A DNA stretch of 64,000 bases from Candidatus Woesebacteria bacterium (GTDB lineage Bacteria; Patescibacteriota; Microgenomatia; UBA1400; MFAQ01), in NCBI GenBank assembly GCA_035389185.1, contig DAOORK010000001.1, forward strand, positions 331,825 to 395,824, given 5' to 3'. Below, in pieces: positions 1 to 10,088 of the stretch (positions within the stretch are counted from its first letter, which is position 1; every line of letters begins with the position of its first letter). The notes below the pieces were generated by a model that saw nothing but the letters and a program-made list of their open reading frames with translations, did not search any database and was not told the DNA's origin. The position numbers were made by a program, and so were the translations under genes.

Positions 1-476
1 TTGCCTGGATAATACTTGTTAAAACAATTTTTACAACCAAGGAAATAATATTTGAGAGCATTCCCTATCGTGGGGAACTTGTAACATGAAGGTTGGATTT
101 TGCCATCATTGTAAAGAAGTTTGGGAGCAACAGCTCCAAGGACAGGATGTTCTTCGGCAAAATCAAAAAGAAGTTTTAGAGCCGCCCCTTTGATTCTGGT
201 GTCAGGATTTATTTGCAGAATATACTTTCCGTGTGATTCCTTGATAGCCCAGTTCACGGCCTTGGAGAGACCAACGTTTTCAGTATTGACCAAGACTTTT
301 GGCTTTAAAGGATGTTTCCTGGCTAACTCAACACAACGGTCGGCAGGATAGTTGTCGACAACGATTACTTCTTTGTTTAGTCCGTCGCGACTTTTTTGAA
401 TGGAGTCGAGAAAAGGAACAATGGTATCCTCAGATTTGTAACCAACGACGATGATGGAGATATCGATTTCTTTCAT
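1..476 (-). CDS. GT2 family glycosyltransferase (partial, runs off window start)
   Basis: Not in the ORF track. Manual translation from ATG at 476: MKEIDISIIVVGYKSEDTI...VIVVDNYPAD...NVGLSKAVN...ILQINPDT, a GT2 fold. ATGA overlap with the upstream stop. Confidence 0.9.
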   Translation of the reverse strand, partial: MKEIDISIIVVGYKSEDTIVPFLDSIQKSRDGLNKEVIVVDNYPADRCVELARKHPLKPKVLVNTENVGLSKAVNWAIKESHGKYILQINPDTRIKGAALKLLFDFAEEHPVLGAVAPKLLYNDGKIQPSCYKFPTIGNALKYYFLGCKNCFNKYYPG

Positions 477-1342
477 ATTGTTTGATTAACTAACGATAGC
501 ACTTCCCTATCTGTTTTAACGAATTTTATTTTTTTATTTTTGATGATAAATCGCCATAGAGCAACCAAAAAAACTTTTAGATAGCCGGGGTGTCTGAGGA
601 TATGGGCAAACAAGAATTGACGATGGGAACGAAGTAAATCCTTGTCAGAGATGTTTACCCAGTTGAAGAGGAGTTCATTTCTTTGTTTTATTAAACTGAG
701 ATATCGAGGGTTTATTTTTTTGGCAGTGGACTCGTGTTCGTGGAAAACGAGAGATTGGTTGTCCCAGATAATTTTGTAACCCATTTTCCAGGCTCGATAA
801 CCAATATCGATGTCTTCCCAATAAAAAGGGGCGTAGATTTCGTTTAGACCGCCGAGTTTGTTCCAGATACTTCGCTTGAAAATAGCGCTACCTCCTGATG
901 CCCAGGCAGAGTAGTATGGCTTTGATTTATCTTCCCCCCTAGTGAACTGGATTTTACCGTCCCATTTTACCTGCGGCCAAGAAGAACTATCTTCATTGAA
1001 AGAAACGGCGAAGACTTTTTCGTCTTTGAAAAAATGAAGAACATCTTTGAGATAACCCTTTTCCGGATGGACATCATTGTTAAGTAGAACTAGATAGTCG
1101 GCAGTTGACACAGCCACACCCTGATTTACCGGTTTGGTGAAACCCAGGTTGGTGTCATTTTTGACTATGACGACTTCGGGATAATTCTCTTTTAGCCAGT
1201 CGATAGTGCCATCGGTGCTACCATTGTCGATAATAATAACTTTATTTAGAAAATCAGAGTTTTTAAATACTTCCGGTAGGTGTTTTTCCAGCAAGTATTT
1301 ACCATTGAAACTGGGAATAATAATATCAATCATTTCGTTCAT
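473..1342 (-). CDS. GT2 family glycosyltransferase (rhamnosyltransferase-like)
   Basis: IIIPSFNG, IIDNGSTDG, NLGF, LLNNDV, FYWEDIDIGYRA motifs. Confidence 0.9.
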   Translation of the reverse strand: MNEMIDIIIPSFNGKYLLEKHLPEVFKNSDFLNKVIIIDNGSTDGTIDWLKENYPEVVIVKNDTNLGFTKPVNQGVAVSTADYLVLLNNDVHPEKGYLKDVLHFFKDEKVFAVSFNEDSSSWPQVKWDGKIQFTRGEDKSKPYYSAWASGGSAIFKRSIWNKLGGLNEIYAPFYWEDIDIGYRAWKMGYKIIWDNQSLVFHEHESTAKKINPRYLSLIKQRNELLFNWVNISDKDLLRSHRQFLFAHILRHPGYLKVFLVALWRFIIKNKKIKFVKTDREVLSLVNQTI

Positions 1343-1363
1343 CTTACTTAGTATACCAATGGA

Positions 1364-3163
1364 TTAGTTTTGATTTATGCGAAAGGTTGTTTCCGGAGAA
1401 TATACCTTTTCTTCTTTTATGGAGATACCGGGAAGAGTGTTTCTCTCGATAGTGTCTTTATCGAGTTCCGGATTTAAGTAGCCGACGAATCTCGGGAAAT
1501 CATCAGGAATTGATTCCCGTATAATTCCATCAATTTTGTTGTCGCTCATTTTGGTAAGAGCAGAAAGAGCTGAAGTGTATCTTCCCCAATCGTACATGAG
1601 GCGCGGAATGACATAGACTGCTTGTCGGACTTTCTGAGTAGTATCAATTTTTTCGTTAATTTCAATCTTTTTGTCAGGACTGAACCCCGGTAACAGATAG
1701 TCCCATTTCCAAACTGTCTTCCATTGATTGTGCACTTTAAGGAAATTAATCTCCTGAGTATTAGAAATCTCGCCGTAATCGGTAAAGTATTTCGTATTGA
1801 GTTTTCCTTGATGAGTATTTTGTGTATCTACAACCTCGGTAATGGTGACTTCGATTTTTTTTACTTTTAGGCTGACGTAAAAACTCTCCATCGAAGAAAT
1901 GAATTTTGCTTCCGGAATATTGTTTCTGGTTTCGCTGTCGATACTTCGATACAGTTCGCGATAAGCCCTGGTATTGAGGAAACGACTAACTGCCCCTGCA
2001 TGTCCTGTAAGATCGTTCTTGGTGATTATGGGGAAAAGTAAAAGCAAATTGAGAATAACCAAAAGAAATAGTATGGGAATACGTTTTTTGAAAGCGTAGA
2101 GAATAAAAATGATGAACAAAGGGACGATCGGCATGAGATAACGAGCCCAAAAAGGAATAATCGTATTTATTCCAAGAATGATGAAGGTAAAAATGGTTAA
2201 GTACAGCAAGGAAAAATCTTTCTTTTTCAAAGCAATGACGAAGATGGTAATGGCCAAAATTACACCGAGAGGCAAAATGATCGACCAGTCTCCCAGACCG
2301 GTTCCAGTCGCGCCTACCCAAAAGCCCTTGTACGAATTCAAAAAGATTCCTCGCCACTGGTTTAGGTAGTCTACTTTATCAACCCCGGATTGGAGATAGA
2401 AGTTTAGTGGCTTCTCATGAAGTCTGAGCCATGGTATGGGATTGGGATGCTTGATAAAGTAACAAAAGAAAGAGAGAACGTAACCTCCAAAAACAGATCC
2501 AAGATAAAAAATTGTGTTTAAGATTTTTTTGGAACTTACAATCAAAGACAGAGTTAGCCCCAAAAGAAGAAGCAAGGGTGAATAAACACCAATTTTTGTA
2601 CCTGTGGCAAGGCCAAGAAAGACACCGGCGATAACCAGATCTTTGAGTTTGTGTCTTTTGAGAAACTTAACAAAGAATAGAGCGTTAAATAAAAAGAGAC
2701 TAGTAAGGGGTAAATCGAGCATGGTTTCTCTGATTTGGGTTGCCAGGAAAGGAGTCGTGACACAAAGAAGTAATCCAAAAAGAGCTGTAGTTCTGTTTTT
2801 GAATAGTTCCAAACACAAGAGATATATCGTTAACCCAGTGAGGAAGAAAAAACCCAGACTAATCCAGTATGGATTGCCAACTGTTTTTTCGGCGAGACCA
2901 TAGAGATACTTAGCAAGAGGGGGTACTTCAAAGTTGATGTTGAAAGGATTTTCGCCATTGGCTAACTGGAAACCTACGAACTTGTAGAGCTCACCATCGG
3001 AGATGCCTCTAGTACTTTGAGGAACATTCCATTGGGAGTTGTAGTAGTAGTTCTCAAAATACTCGGCGTCGTAGCGGAAAAAAAAGATCTCTCGGGAAAA
3101 ATAAAGAATTAAGGCGGTTACAAGACCGATGAGAATGAGGAGAATGATATTTATTTTCTTCAC
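1364..3163 (-). CDS. GT-C (PMT_2/GT39-like) membrane glycosyltransferase fused to C-terminal MecA_N/PBP-pedestal-like domain
   Basis: Many TM helices with FEVPPLAKYLYG and GLATGTK. The C-terminal ~210 aa resemble the PBP2a N-terminal region (TDYGEI...INFLK...WKTVWKWDYLLPG). GTG start. Confidence 0.75.
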   Translation of the reverse strand: MKKINIILLILIGLVTALILYFSREIFFFRYDAEYFENYYYNSQWNVPQSTRGISDGELYKFVGFQLANGENPFNINFEVPPLAKYLYGLAEKTVGNPYWISLGFFFLTGLTIYLLCLELFKNRTTALFGLLLCVTTPFLATQIRETMLDLPLTSLFLFNALFFVKFLKRHKLKDLVIAGVFLGLATGTKIGVYSPLLLLLGLTLSLIVSSKKILNTIFYLGSVFGGYVLSFFCYFIKHPNPIPWLRLHEKPLNFYLQSGVDKVDYLNQWRGIFLNSYKGFWVGATGTGLGDWSIILPLGVILAITIFVIALKKKDFSLLYLTIFTFIILGINTIIPFWARYLMPIVPLFIIFILYAFKKRIPILFLLVILNLLLLFPIITKNDLTGHAGAVSRFLNTRAYRELYRSIDSETRNNIPEAKFISSMESFYVSLKVKKIEVTITEVVDTQNTHQGKLNTKYFTDYGEISNTQEINFLKVHNQWKTVWKWDYLLPGFSPDKKIEINEKIDTTQKVRQAVYVIPRLMYDWGRYTSALSALTKMSDNKIDGIIRESIPDDFPRFVGYLNPELDKDTIERNTLPGISIKEEKVYSPETTFRINQN

Positions 3164-3182
3164 TTGTCTATCTTATCAATTA

Positions 3183-3926
3183 TTACCACTCACGGAAGTT
3201 TCTGGCCAGATAGATCCGGATCCGATTGTATGGGTACTTCAGAACAGTTTTGAAAGCTTTCTTGAGGGGATTCCCTGAACTTGCCTCAATGTTTTTCTCC
3301 CCGAGCTGGAAGTGATTATCGGGAAGTGTTACCATTTGGGAAACGTAGCCATCCATAAAGCCCCATTTTCGACCTAAATCATAAAAAATATCGCCACCGT
3401 TAAAGTTGATTTTTGATTTCATTTTTGGTCCGGCTAGTAAAGAAAAGCCAGTCTTGAAAAGAATATCTTTCATTTGGGATCTGGTCAGGACACTGTAGTG
3501 ATAATGCTCCGTGAGCCACTCTTTGGATGGCATTACCAATACAAGCCAACCATTTTTTACTAAATATTTTCTCCAGTGCATTAAAGCCAAAAAGGGCATA
3601 GTGGAGTGCTCCAAGACATTGCTGGCATAGATAACGTCAAACTTACCTATATCGCCAAGGTCATGCATATCACGAACATAAATCTTGGCACCATATTTGT
3701 CTTTACCTATCTTTGCTTCTTCTTCACTCGCAGTAATACCAACTGCCGTAAATTTGTGTTGATTCAACCAAGCTACCTCATGCCCATCTCCGCAACCGAT
3801 GACGAGAACTTTTTTATTTTTGGGCGGGATTAATTTTAGGAAACAATCCGGCCCTGCCACATTGCTAACAGACAATGGTTCATTTCTTTCTTTTTTGAAC
3901 CATTCATTATATAAAGTACTTTTCAT
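3183..3926 (-). CDS. Class I SAM-dependent methyltransferase
   Basis: VLVIGCGDG motif I, FDVIYASNVLEH, LVKNGWLVL. Confidence 0.85.
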   Translation of the reverse strand: MKSTLYNEWFKKERNEPLSVSNVAGPDCFLKLIPPKNKKVLVIGCGDGHEVAWLNQHKFTAVGITASEEEAKIGKDKYGAKIYVRDMHDLGDIGKFDVIYASNVLEHSTMPFLALMHWRKYLVKNGWLVLVMPSKEWLTEHYHYSVLTRSQMKDILFKTGFSLLAGPKMKSKINFNGGDIFYDLGRKWGFMDGYVSQMVTLPDNHFQLGEKNIEASSGNPLKKAFKTVLKYPYNRIRIYLARNFREW

Positions 3927-3930
3927 AGGA

Positions 3931-5463
3931 TTATTTTAGCTTGGGATCAATTTTTTCAATAATGGTGTTCCAGGGTAATGATATTTTTCGAGAAGATGCC
4001 GGAAAATTATTTCTCCAGTTGATTTCACCGCTCATTGTCGTCGGATCGTGTTCGATGATGAGAAAGATCAGATCATGATCCGATTCTTTTTTCTTTGTCC
4101 AAAAAACTGAGTTGTCTTTGATGTATTCCGGAACTCCTGGAAAATATGACATATCACTTGGTTGGTAACCATATTGTTTTGTTCCATACCACCAAAATAA
4201 ATATTGGAATCTTAAATCAAAAACTTGGGGAGTATAGGTATACACTTTGAAAGCACTTCCTGAGGCTTCATGATAAATATTATCAACAACAGTAAGCATG
4301 TTCTTGAGATTGGCCAAATCATTTGAATAACCTTTTTCAACCGACAGATAAGTAACTTTTGTGGAGATTGAGGAGAAAATAGTAAATCCAATAATGAATA
4401 CGGTAAAAAACTTACCCCATGATTTGGCATAAATAATGGTTAGTGCAGAGGCAAAAGCATATATGGAAAATGGTACAAGCCCATATAGATACCAATCTCG
4501 AATGTTAAAGGGAAATATCAGGAAAAATATTAAAAATGCAAAAATAATAAAAAGATTTGTTTTGATAAACTTTGTATTTTCCGAATCACGTTTTCCGAGT
4601 ATTAATGCGAGAGCAATTGTCGCAATAACAAATAACCAAGGAAGTTCGGTGGCTCCGGAAAAAATAGATTTGAAATAGGTAAATCGATTAAGGAGCATGT
4701 CAGATATGGAAAGTTTTTGACCAAGCCAGTCTGTTCCACCAGAGAACTCACCAAGCGTTGATCTGGTCATTAAAAAACCGTGACGAACTTCAAAGACAAT
4801 CTGAGGCAGAAGAGTAACAAAAAAACCTAAAATCAGAGGAATAAGTTGTCTGTCTTTTTTGGATCTTCGGGTATGTAAAAACAAGGAAATGGGGAAAAAT
4901 AAAATTCCGACTGCGGCTTCAACTTGAAGAATAAACCCACATAACAATCCCTCAAGGAATGACGATATTTTTGATTTGTAAAATATAAATAATGGAAGAA
5001 GTGCGGCGAAATAATAGGCTGAATTGGCATTCCAAGAAAATTTTATGGAAAAGGCAGCAATGGGAGAAAATAAAAATAATGAAGCAGAATAAAATGCCAA
5101 AATTTTATTCTTCTTTCTCAAAACAAAATAGATCACAAGAGAAATAATGTGTAAGGTAAGGATCTGGAATCTGACTAGCCATAAAGGATTCCCGCCGGAC
5201 AAGACAAAGGGGATGGAATTAAAATATGCCCAAAAGGGGCCGTAATATAAGCCAATAATATCTGTGGCCGGACCGATGAGGAGAGGTGTTCTGGTGAAGA
5301 TCATACGACGAATTTCGGCCATCTCTCTTGCCTGGTCGTAAGTAAAAGCAATGTCGAAGTCTTTTATTCTCAGGAAACTTAAAACCATCATGGTGATGAA
5401 TAAGACGGCGAAGATCAGGACATCCCAATATTTATTTATGAAATTACGAAACTTTATAAACAT
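3931..5463 (-). CDS. GT-C membrane glycosyltransferase (GT39/ArnT-like)
   Basis: N-terminal TM then FTYDQARE acidic loop, LIGPAT...YYGP, multiple TMs. Confidence 0.75.
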   Translation of the reverse strand: MFIKFRNFINKYWDVLIFAVLFITMMVLSFLRIKDFDIAFTYDQAREMAEIRRMIFTRTPLLIGPATDIIGLYYGPFWAYFNSIPFVLSGGNPLWLVRFQILTLHIISLVIYFVLRKKNKILAFYSASLFLFSPIAAFSIKFSWNANSAYYFAALLPLFIFYKSKISSFLEGLLCGFILQVEAAVGILFFPISLFLHTRRSKKDRQLIPLILGFFVTLLPQIVFEVRHGFLMTRSTLGEFSGGTDWLGQKLSISDMLLNRFTYFKSIFSGATELPWLFVIATIALALILGKRDSENTKFIKTNLFIIFAFLIFFLIFPFNIRDWYLYGLVPFSIYAFASALTIIYAKSWGKFFTVFIIGFTIFSSISTKVTYLSVEKGYSNDLANLKNMLTVVDNIYHEASGSAFKVYTYTPQVFDLRFQYLFWWYGTKQYGYQPSDMSYFPGVPEYIKDNSVFWTKKKESDHDLIFLIIEHDPTTMSGEINWRNNFPASSRKISLPWNTIIEKIDPKLK

Positions 5464-5464
5464 T

Positions 5465-6529
5465 TCAGAGAAGTTTTTTTAGATTCGAAAAGAAGGATTC
5501 GTGTGAGTACAAGTGTGTTCGTTTTGAGGCAGTTGTTTGCATTTTTCGATACAGCTTTTCATCTTCGATGAGGAGTTTTGTTTTGGTAGCAATTTCTTGG
5601 GCGTTGGAGCAAAGGAATCCTGTACCTTCAGCTAGAATTTCTTTTTGACCACCCTTACCTATGACAATTGGGACACAACCAGAAGCCATACTCTCAACAG
5701 TGGTAATACCAAAATGTTCGACCCTTTCGGGATCAGTTTGTTCATCTATTTCAAAACCTGAAGCATGCCAAAAAAAACGTGATTTGGCATACAGACTCTT
5801 TAATTTATCAAAGCGGGGGTCAACGATAAACTTGATTGGCAACGACTTGGCTTTATCTTTAAGTTTTTCCAGTGTATCTGATTGACCATGACTTCCGCCC
5901 GTAAGAAACAGTTGATAGGCGGGAAAACTCTTATGTAAAATTTTAAAAGCATCAATCAAAACATCTTGGCGTTTAGGATGACTGGGTGAATCAAAACGAG
6001 CTACGGATAAAATTATGTTTTCCTTCTTTCCGGGATTGAAACTTTCAACATCGATTGGTGGATACAAAACAAAGCTTTTTTCTTTTGGAAAATGAGTTTC
6101 ATGAACTGCAGCAGTGAACCGTGAGTTGTAAACAAATTTATGAATAAAAAGAGTTTTAATTTTATTGATTAACGGACTACCGCCGATTGTCTTAAAAGGT
6201 ATCTGGAAATGAACTAGATTGTTTTTCGAAAACAAAAAGGGAAGACTGCCGTCACTGACCCAAAAGATAAGTCCGAAACGGACAGTAAACAGGAGTCTCC
6301 TTAACAAAGATGAGTGACCATGGCAGAGATTGTAGGCATTTTTATTTATTTTTAGTTGCGAAAGATCCAAACCAAAGCGTTCTTGTGCGGCAAGAAGAGT
6401 CTTATTGTCGTTCCAGGCTATTTCAACCGAGTAACCTGCAGATATCAGACCAATGGCAAAAGTAAGACAGTAACGTTCCCCACCTCCAAGAGTATCCAGA
6501 TATGGATCAAAAATTAAGGCTTTTTTCAT
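5465..6529 (-). CDS. GT4 family glycosyltransferase
   Basis: LGGGERY, LYPPID, EHFGITTVESMASGCVP (ExFG-x4-E motif). Start trimmed to MKKALIF. Confidence 0.9.
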   Translation of the reverse strand: MKKALIFDPYLDTLGGGERYCLTFAIGLISAGYSVEIAWNDNKTLLAAQERFGLDLSQLKINKNAYNLCHGHSSLLRRLLFTVRFGLIFWVSDGSLPFLFSKNNLVHFQIPFKTIGGSPLINKIKTLFIHKFVYNSRFTAAVHETHFPKEKSFVLYPPIDVESFNPGKKENIILSVARFDSPSHPKRQDVLIDAFKILHKSFPAYQLFLTGGSHGQSDTLEKLKDKAKSLPIKFIVDPRFDKLKSLYAKSRFFWHASGFEIDEQTDPERVEHFGITTVESMASGCVPIVIGKGGQKEILAEGTGFLCSNAQEIATKTKLLIEDEKLYRKMQTTASKRTHLYSHESFFSNLKKLL

Positions 6530-7335
6530 AGTTTTTCTTCTTGCCATTCTTTCAATAAATCCTTATCAATTTTTTTGTAGGTATCTGAAAGTGATGGTTT
6601 CCTTTGGGCTTCCCACAATCTTTCATAGGTGAGAAATTTACTAAACATTTGATAAATGATCTCAATCCAACCTTCTGTTCCGTCTCTCCATAAACCCTGT
6701 TTTACCGCTCGGTACCAGAACTCTGTGAGCATGATGCGGACGAAACGCCAACCTTTCATTTGGGGGTGACCCGAGTCTAAAAGCATTCTGGCTTCAGACT
6801 TGGACCAGTTCATAGTGTTGGGTACTTTTTCATCAATATTTTTATGCGACAAGTGAACCATCTGATGCCTCAGTTCACCAATTGAACCTTCGATTTTGGG
6901 TTGCTCGTGAAGCTTTCCTTCCCAACGTTTAAGAGCCGTTTTTTTCATCAAACGAAGAACGAGCGGATCGCCCCAGTGAGTTAAGTGTTTGCCCAAGAAA
7001 ATCTCATAACGACTGATCGTGTATGCCTGATGTTGTGGTGTCTCGATTACAGACCTTATCTCGCGGGCAAGTTTAAGAGGAATTCGTTCATCAGAGTCGA
7101 GATACAAAAGCCAGTCACCTTTGGCCTCTTTTGCACCGTCGTTTCTCCACTTGGAAAAACTATCTCCTGTTGAGTGAACAATTTTGGCACCCAATTTGCG
7201 ACAAACTTCGACGGTGTTGTCGGTTGAACCCGAGTCCACCACAATAACTTCATCAGCAAATAAAGAAGTTTTTATGGCAAGTACTATTTCATCGGGAACA
7301 TTTTTGGCAAGAATGATGATCGATATTTTGGGCAT
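6526..7335 (-). CDS. GT2 glycosyltransferase (WaaE/KdtX beta-1,4-glucosyltransferase-like)
   Basis: ADEVIVVDSGSTDNT, WLLYLDSDERI, LHEQP. True start MPKISII at 7335. Confidence 0.88.
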   Translation of the reverse strand: MPKISIIILAKNVPDEIVLAIKTSLFADEVIVVDSGSTDNTVEVCRKLGAKIVHSTGDSFSKWRNDGAKEAKGDWLLYLDSDERIPLKLAREIRSVIETPQHQAYTISRYEIFLGKHLTHWGDPLVLRLMKKTALKRWEGKLHEQPKIEGSIGELRHQMVHLSHKNIDEKVPNTMNWSKSEARMLLDSGHPQMKGWRFVRIMLTEFWYRAVKQGLWRDGTEGWIEIIYQMFSKFLTYERLWEAQRKPSLSDTYKKIDKDLLKEWQEEKL

Positions 7336-7337
7336 AG

Positions 7338-8243
7338 TTATTTTATCCAAGATCCTCCTCCTAATTTTCCCACAAAGAAGTCGCGAACAGCTTGTTTTTG
7401 GGCTTTGGTTCCTATAAAAAGCTTTTTGACCGCTTCCCTGAGAAGAGCAATCTTGGTTCGGGGACGGGCATAATCCATACCGAAAAGAAGACGATTGCGA
7501 GTGAGAAAATAATCGTTTAGAGGAGAACCAATACCCGAGCTTTGGGCGACTTTGTGCCAAAGTTTGATGTTTGAATCGACAACAAGTTTATAACCTGCTT
7601 TTTTGATGCGCATACCGAGATCCGAGTCTTCAAAATAGAGACAGTAACGTTCGTCAAAAAGGCCGACTTTTTTGAGAATTTCTGAGCGCACGATAAAAAG
7701 GCAACCGGTGATGAAATCGACCTCTCTCTGACCATCAAATTGACCTTTGTCGACCTCATTGACTCCAAGGTGGTTGGCATAGACGTTGTCCCAGTCGTAC
7801 TGACCTCCAGCGTACCAGATTACCTGCCCAAGTTCGTCTTTTTGATATTTATCTTCAAACTCGAACCCTTTGGCAAAATAAATGAGACCGCCGACAGCAC
7901 CAACATTTTTGTCAGATATTGGTGAGGCCAATATCTTGAGAATCAGGTCTTCCGGAACAACAGTGTCGTTGTTTATCATTACGATGATATCTGTTTCATC
8001 GAGAAGAGCCTTTTTGAACCCTAGATTATTACCGGCAGCAAAACCAACATTGCCGGGACTTTCAACGTATACTGCCTGAGGGTATTTGGAGAGTTTTTCC
8101 CTCAAATCAACCGAGCAGTCGTTGTCCACTACATATACTGTGGAGCTTACCCCCAAGGGTAAGGTGTTTTTTTCAAGCTGCTTCACAACATCGAGAGTGT
8201 CTTGAATACTGTGAAAGCTGACGGTGATAAAACCGATTTTCAT
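7338..8243 (-). CDS. GT2 family glycosyltransferase
   Basis: VVDND, NVGFAAGNN, INNDT, DFITGC, GLFDERY.LYFEDSD. Confidence 0.9.
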   Translation of the reverse strand: MKIGFITVSFHSIQDTLDVVKQLEKNTLPLGVSSTVYVVDNDCSVDLREKLSKYPQAVYVESPGNVGFAAGNNLGFKKALLDETDIIVMINNDTVVPEDLILKILASPISDKNVGAVGGLIYFAKGFEFEDKYQKDELGQVIWYAGGQYDWDNVYANHLGVNEVDKGQFDGQREVDFITGCLFIVRSEILKKVGLFDERYCLYFEDSDLGMRIKKAGYKLVVDSNIKLWHKVAQSSGIGSPLNDYFLTRNRLLFGMDYARPRTKIALLREAVKKLFIGTKAQKQAVRDFFVGKLGGGSWIK

Positions 8244-8311
8244 TAATTTGATTATAGTGTATTCAAGACAGCTGTTTATTATGAACTGACGCGTTAGAAT
8301 ATATTTAGATT

Positions 8312-10082
8312 ATGAGTAAAAAAAGAACTGGATGGATATTGATACTGTTCGTGGTGCTTTTGGCTCTTATGGTGAGATTTGTCAGACTGGATGCTGTCCC
8401 GGCCAGTTTGTATTATGACGAAATTGATTTGGGTTATCAGATAAGAAGTTTGTTATCCACCGGCAAAGATTATCGAGGAGGATTGAGCCCATTTTATCTT
8501 CGCTCTTTTAATACCGATAAAACACCTTTTCCAATATATTTTTCGGTCTTACCGTCTTTGTTTTTTAGTTCTCCCGAGTATCAGGTTCGTGCTGGAGCGG
8601 CTTTGGCGGGGGTGATTTGTGTTATTTTGGCGATGATTTTGGTGTATCAACTTACAGGTAAAAAGAATGCCAGCATTATTACCGGCCTGGTCTTTGCTTT
8701 CTCCCCATGGCAAATCCAGTTTAGTCGAATGGCTTTTGAGGCCATTTTTATGTTGGTGGTTTTCTTAGCTTCAGTATCAGTATTCCTGTACTGGAAAGAC
8801 AGTAAAAAGAATTGGGCGTTTTATTTGTCGGCCGTATTGTTTGGTCTCAATGTTTATACCTACCGTACAATGAGTTTGTTTGGACCTATTTTGGTTGGGT
8901 TGGTGACTGTGATTTATTTCCGAGATTTTTGGAGACAAGGCTGGTGGCGTTTGGGAGTATGGCTTTCAATAATTGCCATTTTTGTCTTGCCTTTTATTTA
9001 TGCCACGACTATTGGTTCGGCTGACCAAGCCAGAATTAATCAAATTTCGGTTTTCTCCGATCCAATGACTCAAGTTAAAGTGTTACGTAACCGAGAAGTT
9101 GACTCAAATGATTACGGAAATCCTCAGATTGGTAAAAAGGCTGTGTGGTGGTCACCTATTTTCCATAACAAAGTATTAACTCCTTTGGTGAATTTTGGCA
9201 GTAATTATTTGAAAAATTATTCTACAGAGTTTTTGTTTTTGACAGGAGATCCAAATGGAAGACACTCGGTAACAAACATGGGCGAGCTACTATTTATTGA
9301 TTCACTGGGATTGATTGTCGGACTGACGTTTGTGTTTAAAAATATCAAAGATAAAAAATATCAACTGTTACTATGTCTTTTGATCTTCTCTCCAGTTGCT
9401 TCCGACCTGACGATGGATGGGGCGTATCACGCCTCAAGATTGATGATCTTGGCTGGTCCGATGCTTCTGATAGTTGGATTGGGATACTTTAGTTTGTTGG
9501 AAATACTATTTAAAAATAAAAAACTGTGGTTAGGTATACCCCTGATTACCGGCTTGTGGTTGTTATCAACTATTTTTTATCTACATCGTTATTTTGTCCA
9601 CTTTCCGATAGAGAGTTCGCGACAGTTTGGATATGGATACAAACAAGCGATGATAAAAATTGCCGATGTTGAGGATCAATTTAAGGCCATCAGATTAACT
9701 AATCTAAACGATCCGCCGATGCTTTATTATTTTTTCTGGAGAAATGAAGCGCCGATTAACGTACAGGAATACGGAACCGCGTATGGAGAAGATGTTTATC
9801 GAAATATGCCTTTGGACAAGATAAAACAAATAAGCTGGGGGGGCAAAACTGTGCACAGTTGACGAGATAAACAAACTTGAGCCAGAGACGCTCTACTTGG
9901 TGGCATTTAATAACCTGCCTTTGGACTTTAGAAGCGCGGAAAGAGATAAAGTACCAACAGGAATTAAACTTGTTGATGTGATTTTGTATCCTGACAATGA
10001 AGTGGCATATTACTTAATAACAAGAAACTCTATAAACGGTAAAGCTGTAATGGCTGACAAGGAAAGTGCTTGCAGAAATTAA
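8312..10082 (+). CDS. GT-C membrane glycosyltransferase, split by a +1 frameshift in a G7 run (9837-9843)
   Basis: YYDEIDLGYQ loop, FSPWQIQFSR, FLFLTGDPNGRHS. The ORF stops at 9862; removing one G joins it to the frame ending at 10082 (W-G-A-K-L-C-T-V-D-E-I...), giving 589 aa. Confidence 0.75.
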
Positions 10083-10088
10083 ACTCAG

